The position numbers were made by a program, and so were the translations under genes. DNA of 64,000 nt from an uncultured Gemmatimonadales bacterium (GTDB lineage Bacteria > Gemmatimonadota > Gemmatimonadetes > Gemmatimonadales > GWC2-71-9), in contig CAVOGR010000007.1 in assembly GCA_963695555.1 (NCBI GenBank), forward strand, positions 160,001-224,000. The letters run 5' to 3'. The notes beneath the pieces are model-generated. The model did not search any database. It had not been told where the DNA came from and saw nothing but the letters and a program-made list of their open reading frames with translations. Positions 38,615 to 48,853 of this stretch are shown one piece after another. Every line of letters begins with the position of its first letter. Positions within the stretch are counted from its first letter, which is position 1.

Positions 38615-39742
38615 TCACCAGACGCGTCCGTCTTGTGCGATGTGCAGAGCCCCGCCGAGTCGATCGCGCAGGCTCGCCTCGAAGAGATGGGCGGTTGCCT
38701 CGAGCACTACCGTTCCCTCGAACCCCTCGAGCACCGGGGTCTCGAGTCCCAACGCCTGGAGATCATCGGTAAAGCGTCCATGTCGAGCGTGCCAGCGACG
38801 TTCGGCGTAGTACACCTGCCGGAGGAACCAGCGGGCACGATCTTCGGGGCGGTCGACAAACGCATCACCGCCATCCCCGACATCGGCCGCGGAGAACTGC
38901 ACCAGCCCCCACATTTCGGGATAGTGCATGTTGATCAGGCCCTGCGGCGACCACACCCAATTGTCCTCCGGGCGCGTGCGGCCTGGCATCGTATCGATGC
39001 GCACCACGTATCCATCGCTCACGGTGTCGGCGCGCCATTCGACGCGCGAAAAATTCACTCGCCATTGGTCGCCCGGCTCGGGGGGCGACGGTCGATGGGC
39101 CGCCTCCGCCAGGGCCGGCCACGGCAGCGCGATCTCAACCGTCCAGCCGCGATCGATATCGGAAGGCTGGTTGAGTGTCCCATCCACATGGACTGCGGCC
39201 TGGAGATTTCGGATGTACCACCCATTGATGGCGGGGCCCCCATCGCGGTAGGGCTTGACCAGAAACAAATCCCACAGCGTGCCGAGCGCATTGATCTCGA
39301 GTTCGTAATAGTGATGGGTATCACCGTCGGGATCGATGAACACCTCGAAGTCGTTGTCCCGGTAGATCACCGCATCCCGCTCAACCAAGGTGGCCCATAC
39401 CTGCGGCTCCTCCAGGAACGCCCCGATGTAGAGGGTGGCGTCGTCCCAGAGCAGTTTGGCTCGCGTTCGGAAGCGCGGCACCGGCCCAAGCGGCCCTTCG
39501 ATGTCCACGAAGTCGGCGGTCCACGCGGCGGCTTCCCAGGCCGGCTCATCCAGCCGGCCGTCGATCTGGAGCGGGGCCGGCGTCCGGTATGCGACGTAGC
39601 GCTCCGGGTTCCAGTCGATCGCGGGAACCGGGAGGTCATCTCCAGGAGGATTCCCGGCCCGAGTCTCCGCTCGGTCGTTGCACGCGACCACGCATGCCGC
39701 CGCGGCGAGGAGCCAGGCCATGCGCATGACCCGAGTCGTCAC
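38615..39742 (-). CDS. CBM9-like domain lipoprotein
   Basis: Lipobox VVAC; IDGRLDE.AW, DNDFEVFIDP, YYELEINA, WRVNFSRVEW and NWVWSPQG motifs; start 39742 (GTGA overlap) or 39727. Confidence 0.85.
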   Translation of the reverse strand: MTTRVMRMAWLLAAAACVVACNDRAETRAGNPPGDDLPVPAIDWNPERYVAYRTPAPLQIDGRLDEPAWEAAAWTADFVDIEGPLGPVPRFRTRAKLLWDDATLYIGAFLEEPQVWATLVERDAVIYRDNDFEVFIDPDGDTHHYYELEINALGTLWDLFLVKPYRDGGPAINGWYIRNLQAAVHVDGTLNQPSDIDRGWTVEIALPWPALAEAAHRPSPPEPGDQWRVNFSRVEWRADTVSDGYVVRIDTMPGRTRPEDNWVWSPQGLINMHYPEMWGLVQFSAADVGDGGDAFVDRPEDRARWFLRQVYYAERRWHARHGRFTDDLQALGLETPVLEGFEGTVVLEATAHLFEASLRDRLGGALHIAQDGRVW

Positions 39743-42126
39743 GGCTCCCCAGCTCCGACACGAACCACGACCGGCGCCGTGTTCATCATCCGACAGGCTT
39801 CGAGTGCCCGCGGAGCGTCTGCCAGCTCGGGCCCCCACGAAACGGCGTACCGGAATTCATAGAATCCTCCAAGGCTCGCCGCGAAGTTGGTCTCCCAGTA
39901 ATTGGTCATGACCCACGCGTACATCTCCGGTTGAAGGTCCTCCAGCTCGGGCGCGCCAGCCAAGTGCCTCGGCCCGGGCTCGAGCGCGCCCAGCTGAATC
40001 AGATTGGTGTCGGGCGTTGCAATGGCAATACCGCCCTTCGCCGACGTGAGCGCGACCCCCGCCTGGATGCTGTAGAAGTCGGTCAGGGTACCGGGCACCT
40101 GATCCACCCAAGGCCGGAATGTTGCCCCCGCCTTGTCGATCCACAGCTCGGAGGGGCCGTCGACGCCGAATGGCAGGGCCACATAGAGATTCTCCGGCTC
40201 CCACACGCTCTCTTTGTGGAGGCGAATCGTCACATCTACACGCGGCGCGTCCATCGATGCCCGAAGCAGCACATCGTACAGGGTCATTCCGTCGACCGCA
40301 TAGCGCAACTCCGCCACGGCGAACACGTTCCCGCAGGAGAGCAGCCGACCGTGCACCAGGTGGCCGACGCTGCGCCGGACGTTGGAGCCCTTCCGGTTCA
40401 GCTGCATGGCGCCGCGAACCGCACACATCTCACTCCGGTCGGCCACCGGGGTCACCTCGTACACGGGAGCAAACGGCGTGTGATGTCGGCCGGGACGGAG
40501 CAGGCTCCGGTCGGCGCGGCGATCGTGCCATGCGGTGATGCCGTCCGGCCCCCACGCGATCCGGACGAAGGGCGTCTCGAGCATCGGAGCGTCGTGCGAT
40601 CCGGACTCGTCGGACATGACCGGGTCGGTTGCCGTGGCGGGGCGAAGCTCGAGCACGCACTCGGACCTGGGGGCGAGCACGAGGTGCGCGCAGAAGTCAC
40701 AACCGCCCGGGACGAAGTCCCGCTCCACCGCGATCTCACGGTTCGCGGCGGTGTCCCACACGATCGTCGGCCGGTCGAGTCCCAATTCCCGATACTCGAA
40801 GTGGCCCACATGGAGCCGCGCAACGCCAGTCAGGGGCGTCGTTGAGGCATTGAGGACACGGTAGCGGAGCGGCCGGCCGACGGCGAGGTCGGCTCCACCC
40901 AGGGTCGTCAGGGCGCGATCGGTCAGCCGCTCAACCGCCTCGAGGGCCTCGCTGGCATAGGCATTCTTCCGCCCCGCGATCGCGTGCACCGAGGGATGCC
41001 ACGGCTCGGACATCGCGACGGCATGGCTGAACGTGTGCTCGGCGTAGCGGGCAAGGTCGTACTCGACGTGGTCGGTGGCTTCCCGGATCAGTCGCGGAAA
41101 GCAGTCGAGCAGCTGGTGATAGGCGCGGAGATTCCGTTGTGCTTGGCGAAAGAGCTTGGTCGCCGCCGGGGTGCCGGCACAGCCGTCAGACCACCAATCG
41201 GGCCAATCGCCACGATACGTTGGGATGTCGACATCCTCGCTCCGCAGGCGCCGGAAGAATTCACTCAGGGTGGTCATCTCGACCCGGCAGACATCGCTGT
41301 GGTGTCGATTCCACCGCGCGCAGAACTCGGCGATAGCAGGATTTGGCGGGGCGTTGTCGGTTCGCAAACCGGAGACCATCACCGGCACGAACGGATAGGG
41401 GTATCCGGCGCGCGCGAGCCGGTCGAGGTACCTGGGGATGCGCAGCTCCGCGACGCTCCAGTGATCGCCGAATATCATTTCGGCGTCGCATTCGTCCTTG
41501 GTGAGGTAGCTCGATACCGCCCCTGGGACGACACCGAGTTCATTGCCGAAGTGGTAGTGTTCCCCGCTCCATACCAGGATGCGCTGCCCGGACGGTGTTT
41601 CCCACCAAAATGGGACCTGGGTACGGCCGAGCGGGAACATGCCGTGATGGGTGTGAATGCAGGTGAAGAGGTGCTCGATTCCTGCGTCGCAGAGCGCCTG
41701 AGAGAATCCCCAGCTGTAGCCGTTGATGTCCGCCGTCATTGCGGAGTCGATCGGATAGCCGATGGACTTCCCAAAACTAGCCGCGCGCTTGGTCAGTGCC
41801 GTCAGGAGGTCATAGTCGGGCAGCTCGTTCAGGTTGAGATAGCTGCCCGACAACCCGAGGTGCCCTGAACCGACGGCGCCCACGAACGCGGCCCGATGGC
41901 CGGCGGATGCAGCCTCCCAGAACCGTTCCACCGCCCAGAACGTCTCACACTGCCACTTCCAGCCGCCGGGTGCCCGACCGCCAGAGCGTGCGATGATGTC
42001 CAGCGCTTGGTGAATGAACCCCACATGCCACCGCTCCACCCGGCTCTGTGTTTCAGTGTAGCCGAGATCGGTGTGGCTGTGATGGATGAGGAAGAGAGTC
42101 CTGGGACTAGGTTCGGCGGCCGTCAC
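39739..42126 (-). CDS. Divergent GH38-like glycoside hydrolase
   Basis: HHSHTDLGYT, DINGYSWG, PFWWE.P.G, DNAPP, GDWPDWW.DG and MTNYWETNF motifs. Confidence 0.8.
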   Translation of the reverse strand: MTAAEPSPRTLFLIHHSHTDLGYTETQSRVERWHVGFIHQALDIIARSGGRAPGGWKWQCETFWAVERFWEAASAGHRAAFVGAVGSGHLGLSGSYLNLNELPDYDLLTALTKRAASFGKSIGYPIDSAMTADINGYSWGFSQALCDAGIEHLFTCIHTHHGMFPLGRTQVPFWWETPSGQRILVWSGEHYHFGNELGVVPGAVSSYLTKDECDAEMIFGDHWSVAELRIPRYLDRLARAGYPYPFVPVMVSGLRTDNAPPNPAIAEFCARWNRHHSDVCRVEMTTLSEFFRRLRSEDVDIPTYRGDWPDWWSDGCAGTPAATKLFRQAQRNLRAYHQLLDCFPRLIREATDHVEYDLARYAEHTFSHAVAMSEPWHPSVHAIAGRKNAYASEALEAVERLTDRALTTLGGADLAVGRPLRYRVLNASTTPLTGVARLHVGHFEYRELGLDRPTIVWDTAANREIAVERDFVPGGCDFCAHLVLAPRSECVLELRPATATDPVMSDESGSHDAPMLETPFVRIAWGPDGITAWHDRRADRSLLRPGRHHTPFAPVYEVTPVADRSEMCAVRGAMQLNRKGSNVRRSVGHLVHGRLLSCGNVFAVAELRYAVDGMTLYDVLLRASMDAPRVDVTIRLHKESVWEPENLYVALPFGVDGPSELWIDKAGATFRPWVDQVPGTLTDFYSIQAGVALTSAKGGIAIATPDTNLIQLGALEPGPRHLAGAPELEDLQPEMYAWVMTNYWETNFAASLGGFYEFRYAVSWGPELADAPRALEACRMMNTAPVVVRVGAGEP

Positions 42127-42153
42127 CGGTAGCCCGGGGGAACGGCTCGCCGT

Positions 42154-43818
42154 TCAGACATGTTCGCGATAGTTCGGGTCATACATCAGGGACGTGATAT
42201 GCGCCTTCAGGTCGGCCGGCGGCGGCCCGGCCGCCTGGCCGTGCTCGAACGCCACGTGGGCCACGCTCAACGCCACAGCCGCGGACACCTCCCGGATCGA
42301 CTCGAGCGGCGGATAGATCGACCCCTGCTTCAACAGATCTTCATCGACGCTTTCCGCGAGCGTCTTGGCGGCCGCATGGAACATGGCATCGGTCACCCGA
42401 GTTGCGCCCGAGGCAATGACGCCCAAGCCCACGCCCGGAAAGATGTAGGCATTGTTGCCTTGGCCCGGAACGAATGTCTGGTCTCGGTAGGTGACCTCGT
42501 CAAACGGGCTCCCGCTGGCAAAGACCGCCCGGCCCTCGGTCCAGCCGTAGGCCTCCTCCGCCGTGCACTCCGACTTCGAGGTCGGGTTCGACAGCGCCAA
42601 GACAATGGGTCGGTCGTTCAACCGCGCCATGGCGCGCAGAATCGGCTCGGTGAACGTCTTCGGCTGCGCTGACACTCCCACTAACGCCGTCGGCCCGAGC
42701 GCCTCGACCGCGCCGAGGAGATCGGGAATGAAGGCATGGTCATGCGCGAATGGGAGCTTATGCTCCGCGAGATCGCGACGCGATGCCACGACCAACCCCT
42801 TGGAGTCCACGAACCAGCAGCGCCGCATCGCTTCGGCCTCGTCCATGCCCTGGCCCATCATGGCGGAGGCGATGAGGTGGGCGATGCCGGTGGCCGCGGA
42901 TCCCGCGCCCAGGAATAGCACGGTTTGATCGGTGAGCTTCAAGTCGACGATACGGCCGGCCGAGAAGAGCCCGGCCAGGGTGACCGCGGCCGTGCCCTGG
43001 ATATCGTCGTTGAACATGCAGGCCCGATCTCGATAGACCTCGAGCAGATGCACCGCATTTTGCGTGGCGAAGTCTTCGAACTGGATGAGGACCCCGGGGA
43101 AGACGTCTTGAACGGCCTCGACGAATTCCTCGATGAGCGCGTCGTACTCCTCGCCCCGCTGCCGGTGCTGGGTGAGGCCGATGTAGAGCGGATCTTTGAG
43201 CAGCTCTTCGTTGTTAGTCCCGACATCGAGTGTGATTGGAAGGCAACGCGCGGGATCGATCCCGGCGCAAGCGGAGTAGAGCGAGAGTTTCCCGATCGGG
43301 ATGCCCATGCCCTGCGCTCCGAGGTCGCCAAGGCCCAAAATGCGCTCCCCGTCCGTCACCACGATGATGTCGACCTTGCCTTCGGGCCAATTCCGAAGCA
43401 CGTCGCGAATCCTGCCTCGGTCGTTGATCGTGATGTAGAGGCCTCGGGGGCGCCGGAAGATGTGCCCAAACTTCCGACATGCCTCACCCACCGTGGGCGT
43501 GTAGATGATTGGCATCATCTCGCGGATGTTGTCGATCACGGCACGATAGAACAGGGTCTCGTTCCGATCCTGGAGCGACGTGAGGAAGATGTACTTCTCC
43601 AGCTCGGACTCTTTGCGGCGCAGGTTCTCCAAGACGCGCCATTGCTGCTCGGCGAGCGTGAAGATGCGCGGCGGGAGGAGTCCGCGGATCTTCAGCGTGT
43701 CGCGCTCGGCGTCAGTGAATGCCGTGCCCTTGTTGAGCCTGGGGTCATGCAAGAGTTCCTCGCCCATCGGGATCTTGCTCTTCGCGGGTCGCGATGCGAC
43801 CGTCTTGTTCGCCGCCAC
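42154..43818 (-). CDS. maeA: NAD-dependent malic enzyme
   Basis: NKGTAF, YTPTVG, VTDGERILGLGDLG, QFEDF, FNDDIQGT, GAGSA, LSNPT and GQGNN motifs. Confidence 0.95.
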   Translation of the reverse strand: MAANKTVASRPAKSKIPMGEELLHDPRLNKGTAFTDAERDTLKIRGLLPPRIFTLAEQQWRVLENLRRKESELEKYIFLTSLQDRNETLFYRAVIDNIREMMPIIYTPTVGEACRKFGHIFRRPRGLYITINDRGRIRDVLRNWPEGKVDIIVVTDGERILGLGDLGAQGMGIPIGKLSLYSACAGIDPARCLPITLDVGTNNEELLKDPLYIGLTQHRQRGEEYDALIEEFVEAVQDVFPGVLIQFEDFATQNAVHLLEVYRDRACMFNDDIQGTAAVTLAGLFSAGRIVDLKLTDQTVLFLGAGSAATGIAHLIASAMMGQGMDEAEAMRRCWFVDSKGLVVASRRDLAEHKLPFAHDHAFIPDLLGAVEALGPTALVGVSAQPKTFTEPILRAMARLNDRPIVLALSNPTSKSECTAEEAYGWTEGRAVFASGSPFDEVTYRDQTFVPGQGNNAYIFPGVGLGVIASGATRVTDAMFHAAAKTLAESVDEDLLKQGSIYPPLESIREVSAAVALSVAHVAFEHGQAAGPPPADLKAHITSLMYDPNYREHV

Positions 43819-43995
43819 GGCGTTTGTCCTCAGGTAATGGATGAAACCGGTGCGCGCCCTCCGGGCGCGCTCGATCGAGCCGGTCTAAGTTCGCCTTCCC
43901 AGTTTGTCGCTCCGGGGGCCGCCCGGCAAGACCAGCAAAACCCCGCCCAGAGCCTGAGGCGCCGGGCGGGGTCATGCCGGTTCGGCGCCCCTCGT

Positions 43996-46146
43996 TCAGC
44001 GGGTTGCAGGCTGAGCCACCCCCTGCAGCTCGTCGGCGATCCGATCGGCGTCATACACCTTCCGGAGCGCCTCGACAATGCCTGCCGAGTGGACGCTGAC
44101 CGACCGGGACACCTCGTCGGTGAAAATGAACCGGTTAGGCAACATCTCGATGTTCCCGTCGAAGATGAGGCCGACCACCTCCGCATTGCGATTGATCACC
44201 GGGCTGCCCGAATTCCCACCGATGATGTCGTTGGTCGACACGAAGTTGATGGGCGTCGTCAGGTCGAGCCGGTCTTTACGGTCCAGCCACCGCTGCGGCA
44301 GGTCCCACGGGGGCTGGTAATCGAATTCGGCGGCTCGGCCGAACAACCCATAGAGGCTCGTCTTGTAGGGCGCGACCGTTCCGTTCATCGGGTAGCGCTT
44401 GACAACGCCGTCACTGATGCGAAGGGTAAACGTCGCATCGGGCGGCAGCGCCTTTCCGTACGCTGCGAAGATCGCCTGCCCCACGAGCTCGGCGTTGGCC
44501 GAGATCACGTCATTGAGGGCCGTGGCCCGGTCTGCTTGCGCGCGGGCGAGCGGCTCGAGCTTCCGAGCGAGCACGATCATGGGATCGTTGGAGGCCGCAA
44601 TGGCCTTGGTACCGCCGTCGAGCAAGGCCTTTCGGGCACCCGCATCGGTCAGCGTGCTGGCGTTGATCAGCGCCTCGGCCGCAACTTCGGGGCTCCGACC
44701 GCCGAGAATCGCTACCAGGAACGGGTCATTGGCCGGGAGGTCTCGCTGGGCTTCACTCAGGAAGGCCGCGAAGGCGAGCTTGTCGGCCTCGGTATCGATG
44801 GGCTGATCGCGCAGGATGAAGCCCTTGATCCGGTCGAGCCCTTCGCCGCGATACTGCGGCAGCCTGAGCTCATCGGCCATCGCCGCTTGCGCCGGCCAAC
44901 GGACGATGCCGCCGGCCAAATTCAGCAGTTGCGAGCCGCCGAAGCCGTAATACCGCGCCTCGGTAGCAAAGCTGGCCAGTTCCGTCTGGGCCTTGGCGAT
45001 GTTGTCCCAGGCTGGGCCGTACTTCTGCTTGAGTGCCGGGTCGGCATCGATGCGCCCACGGAAGTCGGCTTCGAAGCGCTGCTTCTTCGCCATGATGCCG
45101 GGATCGAGGAGTCCGGTCAGGTATCCCGTGATCGCCTTGTGGGCGTTCTCGAGACCAAAGATTTGATTCTCATACTGACGGCGAGCTTCCTCGCTTGCCT
45201 GTGCCAGCTCCCGAGTAACGTCGAGCTGCCGCTCGATGGCGCGGAGCTGCGCTGGATACTGGATATCCCGCAAGTACTCCATCTGCGCCATGGTGAGGAG
45301 CCGCCCCGTCGAGCCCGGGTTGCCGGTGACGAAAACCAGTTCGCCTTCGGCCGCGCCGTTCTTGCTCCACGGGAAGTAATGCGCTGGCTTGTACGGCTGG
45401 CCACCTTCATACGCGCGCAGCAGCGTCAGGTCGAGATCGTATCGTGGGTAGGTGAAGTTGTCGGGATCGCCGCCAAAGAAGCTCGTCCGACCCTCTGGAG
45501 CAAACACCAACCGGATGTCGCTGAAGCGCTTGTAGCGATACAGCGAGTACATACCGCCCTGGTAAAATCGAACTACCTGGCAGTTGAAGCCGGTGCCGCT
45601 CTGGCATTGGTTCTCGATGGCCTCGATGATCGAGTCGCGCTGGGCGACTTGCTTGGCCGGTGTGGTAGCGGTGACAGCCCCGCGTACCCTGGTCGTGACG
45701 TCCTCGATGGACTGCAGCTGGTCCACCCACAGGCCCGGGCAGGCACGCTCTTCCTCCTGCGTCCGCGCGCTGAAGCCGGTATCCTGGTAGTTGGTGTCCG
45801 CCGGCGAGACCGCGGTAATGCAGCCGCGGGAACAGTGGTGATTGGTCATCACGAGCCCGTTATCGGACACGAACGAGGAGGAGCAATTCGGCAGCCGAAC
45901 CGACGCAAGCCGAACCCTGTCCAGCCAGGCCTGATCCGGAGCGAAGTCGTACGTCGCCTTCCAATAGTCGAGTGGAGGGGCGTCGAACGTCCACATCGTC
46001 CCGAATTCTTTGATGAATGTCGATTGTGCGGCCGGCTTGGCCTTTGCCTCTGCCTTTGGCGCCTGTGCGGCTGAGGTGGTCACGGCTCCCAGGAGCCCTC
46101 CAACAGCAAGCAGCATGATGGAACCCAACGACTGAATGCGACTCAT
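43996..46146 (-). CDS. S46 family dipeptidyl peptidase
   Basis: Signal peptide; TNHHC, FGGD.DNF.YPR, PDAT.TLR.S.G and DIIGGNSGSP motifs. Confidence 0.93.
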   Translation of the reverse strand: MSRIQSLGSIMLLAVGGLLGAVTTSAAQAPKAEAKAKPAAQSTFIKEFGTMWTFDAPPLDYWKATYDFAPDQAWLDRVRLASVRLPNCSSSFVSDNGLVMTNHHCSRGCITAVSPADTNYQDTGFSARTQEEERACPGLWVDQLQSIEDVTTRVRGAVTATTPAKQVAQRDSIIEAIENQCQSGTGFNCQVVRFYQGGMYSLYRYKRFSDIRLVFAPEGRTSFFGGDPDNFTYPRYDLDLTLLRAYEGGQPYKPAHYFPWSKNGAAEGELVFVTGNPGSTGRLLTMAQMEYLRDIQYPAQLRAIERQLDVTRELAQASEEARRQYENQIFGLENAHKAITGYLTGLLDPGIMAKKQRFEADFRGRIDADPALKQKYGPAWDNIAKAQTELASFATEARYYGFGGSQLLNLAGGIVRWPAQAAMADELRLPQYRGEGLDRIKGFILRDQPIDTEADKLAFAAFLSEAQRDLPANDPFLVAILGGRSPEVAAEALINASTLTDAGARKALLDGGTKAIAASNDPMIVLARKLEPLARAQADRATALNDVISANAELVGQAIFAAYGKALPPDATFTLRISDGVVKRYPMNGTVAPYKTSLYGLFGRAAEFDYQPPWDLPQRWLDRKDRLDLTTPINFVSTNDIIGGNSGSPVINRNAEVVGLIFDGNIEMLPNRFIFTDEVSRSVSVHSAGIVEALRKVYDADRIADELQGVAQPATR

Positions 46147-46613
46147 GATGAATCTCCACACGAGGAAGCGGTGCACGCGGCGGGGCCCGCCGAGCGGGTC
46201 ACCCTCCAATCCGAGAAGGAATGCACTGGATACGATGAAAGAACCATGAAGCAGCGGTGAATCCACTCAGAGAATTCGCCCCTTAGCAAGAACCTGACGG
46301 ACGAAGGAGAGGCGCGAACTCGTTGACGCGAGGACACAAGTCACCGCGCCGAGAACCGGGCACAAAGGCGGGCTCGGCGGGCGGCTCCGGCGACAGGATC
46401 ATAACTTAACCGGGTCGGGGCCGGCATAGGCCGGGACCCAGGCGGATCCATGGCCTCCGGGCTGCCAAACCAGGCAGCTCACCGGCGCCCGCTTGCGACT
46501 ACCCCCGCTAGTTAAGCATACGTCTGCCTCTACTCGTCCGTTTCAGCACGAAATGTTGCGTTGGAAGTGGCCCACGTAAGCAATGAGGCATGAGGGCATT
46601 CGCTTTATGCGCT

Positions 46614-46640
46614 CTAAACGCTGGCCCCACGGCCGACATC
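46614..46640 (+). promoter_or_regulatory. Putative ECF promoter CTAAAC-N17-CATC
   Basis: Ends 10 bp before the sigma ATG; identical boxes and spacing recur at 48798-48824. Confidence 0.55.
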
Positions 46641-46650
46641 CAATGGGTAG

Positions 46651-47232
46651 ATGCCCGTGAGCGCGAGATCCAGGGATTCCAAGCCCGAGGCCGGCAGGGC
46701 CGCCTCATCGACCCCCGACGTCCCTGCCCTGGTGGCGCGGGTGCAGGCGGGGGAGATCGAGGCATTTGAGCCGCTCTACCGACATCATGTCGATCGGGTC
46801 TACGCCCTCTGCCTGCGCATGACCGGGCACACAGGTCGGGCGAAGGAACTGACTCAAGATGTGTTCGTGCGATGCTGGGAGCGAATCGGAAGTTTCCGCG
46901 GCGACAGTGCATTCGGAACCTGGCTCCATCGAGTTGCAGTCAACCTCGTCCTCGAGCAGCACCGGGCCACGGCACGCCGCGAAAGGCGGGTGGAGCCGCG
47001 AGCCGACCTGGAGAACTTGCCGCATGTGGCGCTCTCCGGAACAGAGGACCAGCGACTGGATCTGGAGGCCGCCATCCAGACCCTGCCGCCGAAGGCCAGA
47101 CAGGTCTTCGTGCTCCACGACATCGAGGGCTACACCCATGATGAGATTGCCCGCTTCACAGGCTCGGCGCCGGGAACGATGCGGGCGCATCTCCACCGCG
47201 CACGCCAGCTGCTAATGAAGAGGCTATCATGA
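46651..47232 (+). CDS. ECF RNA polymerase sigma factor
   Basis: AKELTQDVF, FGTWLHRVAVN, VFVLHDIEGY.H.EIA and HLHRAR motifs. Confidence 0.93.
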   Translation: MPVSARSRDSKPEAGRAASSTPDVPALVARVQAGEIEAFEPLYRHHVDRVYALCLRMTGHTGRAKELTQDVFVRCWERIGSFRGDSAFGTWLHRVAVNLVLEQHRATARRERRVEPRADLENLPHVALSGTEDQRLDLEAAIQTLPPKARQVFVLHDIEGYTHDEIARFTGSAPGTMRAHLHRARQLLMKRLS

Positions 47233-47903
47233 CGCCCCACCTGCGGGACGAAGAACTCCACGACCTGGTCGATGGAGTACTGCCAGAGGCCGGACGGCAG
47301 ACTGTCGACGCGCACATAGCTTCCTGCCTGGAGTGCAGCGAGCGGGTCGAGCGGCTGAGACGGCTCCTGGCCATGGCGCGGGAGGCACCGCGCGGAGTCG
47401 CCCCGCCAGACGACTGGTGGCCGGCCATCCGCAGCACGATCAACCAGCGGAAGATCGTCCCGCTCGGGGCTGTTCCGAACCAGCCTTCCCGGCCATGGTG
47501 GACGAGGCCGTGGGCCTTGGCCGCCGCCGCCATGCTGTTGGTCGCGGTGTCGGCCGCCGTCACCGCAATCGTGCTCCGGCCGCCGCCGCAGGTCCCGATT
47601 GCACGTGCGTCGGATTCCGGGTTCAGCGTACCATCGGTCTCCCCTCGCTTGGCCACCATGACTGCCAACTATGAGGGACTGACCCGGCAACTCTTAATCG
47701 ACTTCGACAGCCGGCGCGCCGCACTCCCCCCCGCGGCCGTGGCCCAGGTCGAGCAGAACCTGCGAGTCATCGACATAGCTATCAGTGAGATCGTGACCGT
47801 GCTCCAAGCCGAGCCGGACAATGACGTTCTGCTCGAATTGCTGGACACATCCTATCGACAGAAGGTGGCGGTATTGGAACACGCCACGGAGTCGGTGTCA
47901 TGA
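47229..47903 (+). CDS. zf-HC2 (ZAS) anti-sigma factor
   Basis: HIASCLEC; one TM helix; helical C-terminus (NLRVID.AI.E...EPDN); ATGA overlap. Confidence 0.88.
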   Translation: MTPHLRDEELHDLVDGVLPEAGRQTVDAHIASCLECSERVERLRRLLAMAREAPRGVAPPDDWWPAIRSTINQRKIVPLGAVPNQPSRPWWTRPWALAAAAMLLVAVSAAVTAIVLRPPPQVPIARASDSGFSVPSVSPRLATMTANYEGLTRQLLIDFDSRRAALPPAAVAQVEQNLRVIDIAISEIVTVLQAEPDNDVLLELLDTSYRQKVAVLEHATESVS

Positions 47904-48784
47904 ATCTGTCCCGGGCAGCCATCGGCGTGACGGTCGCGGGCATCGCGTTCGGGGGTGGGCCGACCCTGACGCGCGCGCAGGAACGCATCGATCGCGGGCA
48001 TCCTGCGGCGCATGATGTCCGGCTCAAGGTCTGGGCCCCGGCCGGCTCGGTCCGACTCGAGGCCTGGGACCGTGACTCCCTCCAGATTCGAGGCACCGTC
48101 GACCAGGGGAAGCTGTTCGCGGGCGGCGGGCGCGACGCGATGAAGGTGGCGGTTGAGGACCCCACAGGGGCGAATCTCTCGCCTGTGGCCGACCTGGTGA
48201 TTCGAGTTCCACGCGGCGCCCAAGTCTCCGTCAAGACCGTGACCGGCGCGATCGAAGCCGTCGATGTGACCGGCTGGTATAACTCAGTGAGCGGGAGTAT
48301 CCGGCTCCGCGGCGCGGCACGGCGGCTCGAAGCCGAGAGCCTGGACGGCGACATCACGCTTCAGGCCGAAGCCCCATGGGTGCGGGTACGCACCGGGAGC
48401 GGTACCCTCACCATCGAGGGACGGTACCGCGATCTCCTGGCGTCCAGCGTCAGCGGACCGATCCGTGTCGTGAACAAGGAAGTCGAACGGGGCCGTCTCG
48501 AATCGGTTACTGGAGACATCCACTATTTCGGCCGGTTTCGGGCCGGTGGATCGGTGGATTTCGACAGTCACAGCGGCACGATTACGCTCGAGCTGCCGGC
48601 GGAGATGGCCGGCCGGCTCGACCTCACCTCGGTGAGCGGCTCCATCGACAATCAGTTCACCGCGGATCGGCCGTCCAAGACTGCCACGGGAGCGGGCCAG
48701 CGGCTGGACCTCACCCGCGGATCGGGCGGTGTAACCATCACGGTCCGATCGTTCAAGGGCACGATCCGCCTGTTGCGAATGTGA
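47900..48784 (+). CDS. DUF4097-type beta-strand repeat protein
   Basis: Repeated TVTG.I / SVSG.I / SFKG.I motifs; signal peptide. Confidence 0.85.
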   Translation: MNLSRAAIGVTVAGIAFGGGPTLTRAQERIDRGHPAAHDVRLKVWAPAGSVRLEAWDRDSLQIRGTVDQGKLFAGGGRDAMKVAVEDPTGANLSPVADLVIRVPRGAQVSVKTVTGAIEAVDVTGWYNSVSGSIRLRGAARRLEAESLDGDITLQAEAPWVRVRTGSGTLTIEGRYRDLLASSVSGPIRVVNKEVERGRLESVTGDIHYFGRFRAGGSVDFDSHSGTITLELPAEMAGRLDLTSVSGSIDNQFTADRPSKTATGAGQRLDLTRGSGGVTITVRSFKGTIRLLRM

Positions 48785-48797
48785 GAAAGCGTCGCGG

Positions 48798-48824
48798 CTA
48801 AACACCGGAGCATCCGGCGGCATC
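48798..48824 (+). promoter_or_regulatory. Second copy of the ECF promoter CTAAAC-N17-CATC
   Basis: CTAAAC-accggagcatccggcgg-CATC, upstream of the ATG at 48854. Confidence 0.55.
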
Positions 48825-48853
48825 TCATTGACGACACCCACTCAGGAGCTTCC

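Noticed and set aside
42925..46074. 1049-aa plus-strand ORF
   Set aside because: Antisense shadow of malic enzyme and the S46 peptidase; no motifs; such ORFs are expected at high GC.
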